A DNA stretch of 64,000 nucleotides from Octopus vulgaris. Taxonomy: Eukaryota. Below the pieces are notes generated by a model that saw only the letters and a program-made list of their open reading frames with translations, was not told where the DNA came from and ran no database searches. Both the position numbers and the translations under genes were made by a program. This document shows, in pieces, positions 61,060 through 64,000 of this stretch. The number at the start of each line of letters is the position of its first letter. Positions within the stretch are counted from its first letter, which is position 1. The DNA lies in assembly GCA_951406725.2 (NCBI GenBank), contig OX597815.1:151962001-152026000 (forward strand). Reading direction: 5' to 3'.

Positions 61060-64000
61060 GCCTTTAGTCGAACAAATCGACCCAGAACTTATTCTTTGTA
61101 AGCCTAGTACTTCTTCTATCGGTCTCATTTGCCGAACCACTAAGTTACGCGGACGTAAACATACCAGCATCAGTTGTCAAGCAATGGTGGGGGGGGGTGA
61201 CAAACAAAGACACACAAACATATACACACACATACATATACACATATATATATACATATATACAATGGGCTTCTTTCAGTTTCCTTCTACTAAATCCACT
61301 CACAAGGCATTGGTTGCCCTGAGGCTATAGTAGAAGACACTTGCCCAAGGTGCCACGCAGTGGGACTGAACTCAGAACCATGTTGTTGGTAAGCAAGCAA
61401 CTTACCACACACCCACTCCTGCACCTCACTATTTTTATCTCTTCCCAGATCATACCATGCAGTTTTTCTGCAGCAAGGAAGATTTTCTACCTTAGGCTCT
61501 TCTCTCATATTTTAACCCCTCAGATCCATGCATAAATCTCTACCACTCATAGGTTTCTTAGTGGTGCAAACTGCCTGGCAACCTCACTAGTGCTGGTGAC
61601 ATGAAAAAACAAAGTACCCAATACAAGTTGTCTTGTGGTTTGTGTTAAGAAGGGTATCTGGCCATTGAAACTAGGCTAAAGTAGACAGTGGAGCATGATG
61701 TAGTCCTTGGAACCATCAGAGCCTGTCAAACCATTCAACCAGCATGGAACATGAATTTTAAATGATGGTGGTGATGATGATGATGATGACGATGATGACA
61801 AGGATTCCTGAGAAGGATGTTAAAGAGATTAGTCAGTACCAACTAATGCAACACTTCAACATTGGTGGGAAGGTTTTGAATTAGAATGAAGGATGAAGGA
61901 TATTATTGTGAAGAACAGGTTTGTTGATACATCTATATAAAAAACTGGGGTTCTTGAAATTTTAGGAAGCATTGAGCTTGTACTGAGGGTTTAGCAGTCC
62001 ATTCAATGGTGTAAAAAGAACAAGGGATATGTTGATGTCATCTGGTTAGAGTTAGCTAATATCTAGGGGTCAATTTCCCATTGCAGAATTCCGCAAACCT
62101 TTTAGAAAGAAGTTTACATAATTTGTGAATTGTGCTTTTATTGTTTAACCTTTCAAACACACTATATAAACCTTCCCATCAACATTGAAGTATGATATTA
62201 GTCAGCACTGACTAATCTCTTTAACATTGTGGAGTGGTTGGCATTAAAAAGGACATCCAGCTGTAGAAACCATGCCGATTCAGATTGGAAGCTGGTGCAG
62301 CTCTTCATCTTACCACTTTCAGTCAAACCGCCTGACCCATTCCAGCATGGAAGGCAGACACGAAATGATGTTGATGATAATGATATATATATATGTATAT
62401 ATATATATATACACGTAAAAAACACCCACTACACTAATGGAGTGGTTGGCGTTAGGAAGGGCATCCAGCTGTAGAAACACTGCCAAATCAGACTAGAGCC
62501 TGGTGCAGCCTCCATGGCTTACCAGACCCCGGTCGAATCGTCCAACCCATGCTAGCATGGAAAACGGACGTTAAATGATGATGGTGATGATATATATATC
62601 TATATATCTATATATATATAATCATTTTTTAATTTTGCATATTTCTACTGTTCCACTTACAGACTGAACTTGTAATGTATGAATCAGCCGGCCGATTTCT
62701 CTTTCTGAAAATCCTAGATTACCCAGATTATCCTTTGAGCATTTACTAACAAAACCTAGTGCTCCAATTGTTATTGGTATGAATATGAATTCTGGAGTTT
62801 TCGAAGTAGTTGTCCATAGATATCCTCTTTTTCTTTGATTTCCAAAGAGATATTTATATCTGCAGGATAGCTGACCTTTATGATGGTACATACATACATA
62901 CATACATACATGCATACGTACGGACGTATGGTTTTTATGTGTATATATATATAAGTTTTACAGATTTATATGTACGTACGTATGTATGTATGTATGTATG
63001 TATGTATGTATGTATGTATGTATGTATGTATGTATGTATGTATGCATGCATGCATGCATGCATGTATGCCATTGTTCAGTTTTATTTCAAGTGTAGCAAG
63101 TCATAAAAGGCAGCAATATGATGTATTGGTTGTTTACCCGAACAAGTATAATTGTTGGTAATCTCATTGGTTAAAATTACTGCCCATATACAAATTCTAA
63201 ACTTACGTCAAAGAAACCTTTCACAAAATATGGTTCTTAGAATTTGGATATGAGCAGTTATAAAAAATCCTGAATTTTGGGAAATTACTCAGTGTTTGTA
63301 GGATGTTACTAAACTCCACGACACTCACTCATTGAGATATTAGCTATTTTTTATGCCATGTCTATGATAAAAATCCAACAAGACTTATTTGAATTGTTGT
63401 GAACTCTAGTAGTTAGTATGAAGGATTAGCTAATGTGAATTTTAAGTCGTAAAGCACTATGACAAAATGACTTTACTTTCCAATTGTACTATAAATGCTA
63501 AATGTACATAAATAAAATAATGTAGTAATTATTTTCTCTTACTTCACGTTCTTCAAATTGTTAATGAAATTTATTTCTGCAATCATGAAACTGTGGTTAA
63601 AAAAACACAAATTTATTTATCTTCAACATACATGCATGCATAAAATGTCCATTAGCATTTCAAAGTATATATTTCTTGCTATGATGTTTATGTAACTGGA
63701 GTCAGGATTTATGTATAATGATAACACTTATAAGTAAGTTATAAGTGACATGTTTATCAATATATATTCCTACTTCAAAGGTAAAATATATTTACCTATT
63801 TCCAAATAGGAAACATAAAAATATAGTGTTATGCAAACAGTAACCAAACCAGCAATAAAACAAGATTTCTTGCCAATAGAGAAAGAGTCGGTTTCTAACC
63901 AAGATCCAAGGTTCCTTCATTGGAATTTCAACAGGGTATTTTTGTTTGTTTGCTTGTATGTATATATGTGCAGATTTTTATGTTTTATGTATATATTCTG
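61060..64000. repeat. Right arm of inverted segmental duplication (runs off the window end)
   Basis: Same comparison. Both arms carry the same LINE remnant ...QSVSGTVEICKIKK on opposite strands. Confidence 0.9.

Noticed and set aside
267-63161. Many ORFs rich in YI, HT, CV, poly-H, poly-D or LS
   Set aside because: They are translations of (TA)n, (CA)n, (TATG)n, (GAT)n and GA-rich tracts.
35423-64000. Inverted arms as TIRs of a giant DNA transposon (Polinton-like)
   Set aside because: No integrase, polymerase B or capsid remnants in the core, and the arms contain SINE/LINE debris typical of ordinary genomic DNA.

Overview
AT-rich, microsatellite-dense eukaryotic DNA. The repeat content (tRNA-headed SINEs, RTE-clade LINEs with (GAT)n tails, Dong/R4-like LINEs in (TAA)n, Penelope-like elements, Helitron and mariner remnants) points to a cephalopod genome, probably Octopus; this is an inference. 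Nearly all ORFs in the track are microsatellite artefacts or TE fragments. Host genes read by hand: (1) a three-exon gene (14946-25272, +) for a ~118-aa secreted 10-Cys single-domain VWC-like protein, with a 1-nt phase mismatch at the exon2/exon3 junction; (2) the last two exons of a NUB1-like gene (42513-44483, +), with no upstream exons found. Other structure: a large inverted duplication (~35.4-41.6 kb vs ~61.0-64.0 kb), a near-complete Neptune-like Penelope element inside one arm, several long hairpins, a 19-bp minisatellite, and seven minimal hammerhead-ribozyme motifs. One of these looks intact and two carry a compensatory U3-A8 core pair. No CRISPR array or prokaryotic system is supported. 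TE boundaries are approximate.
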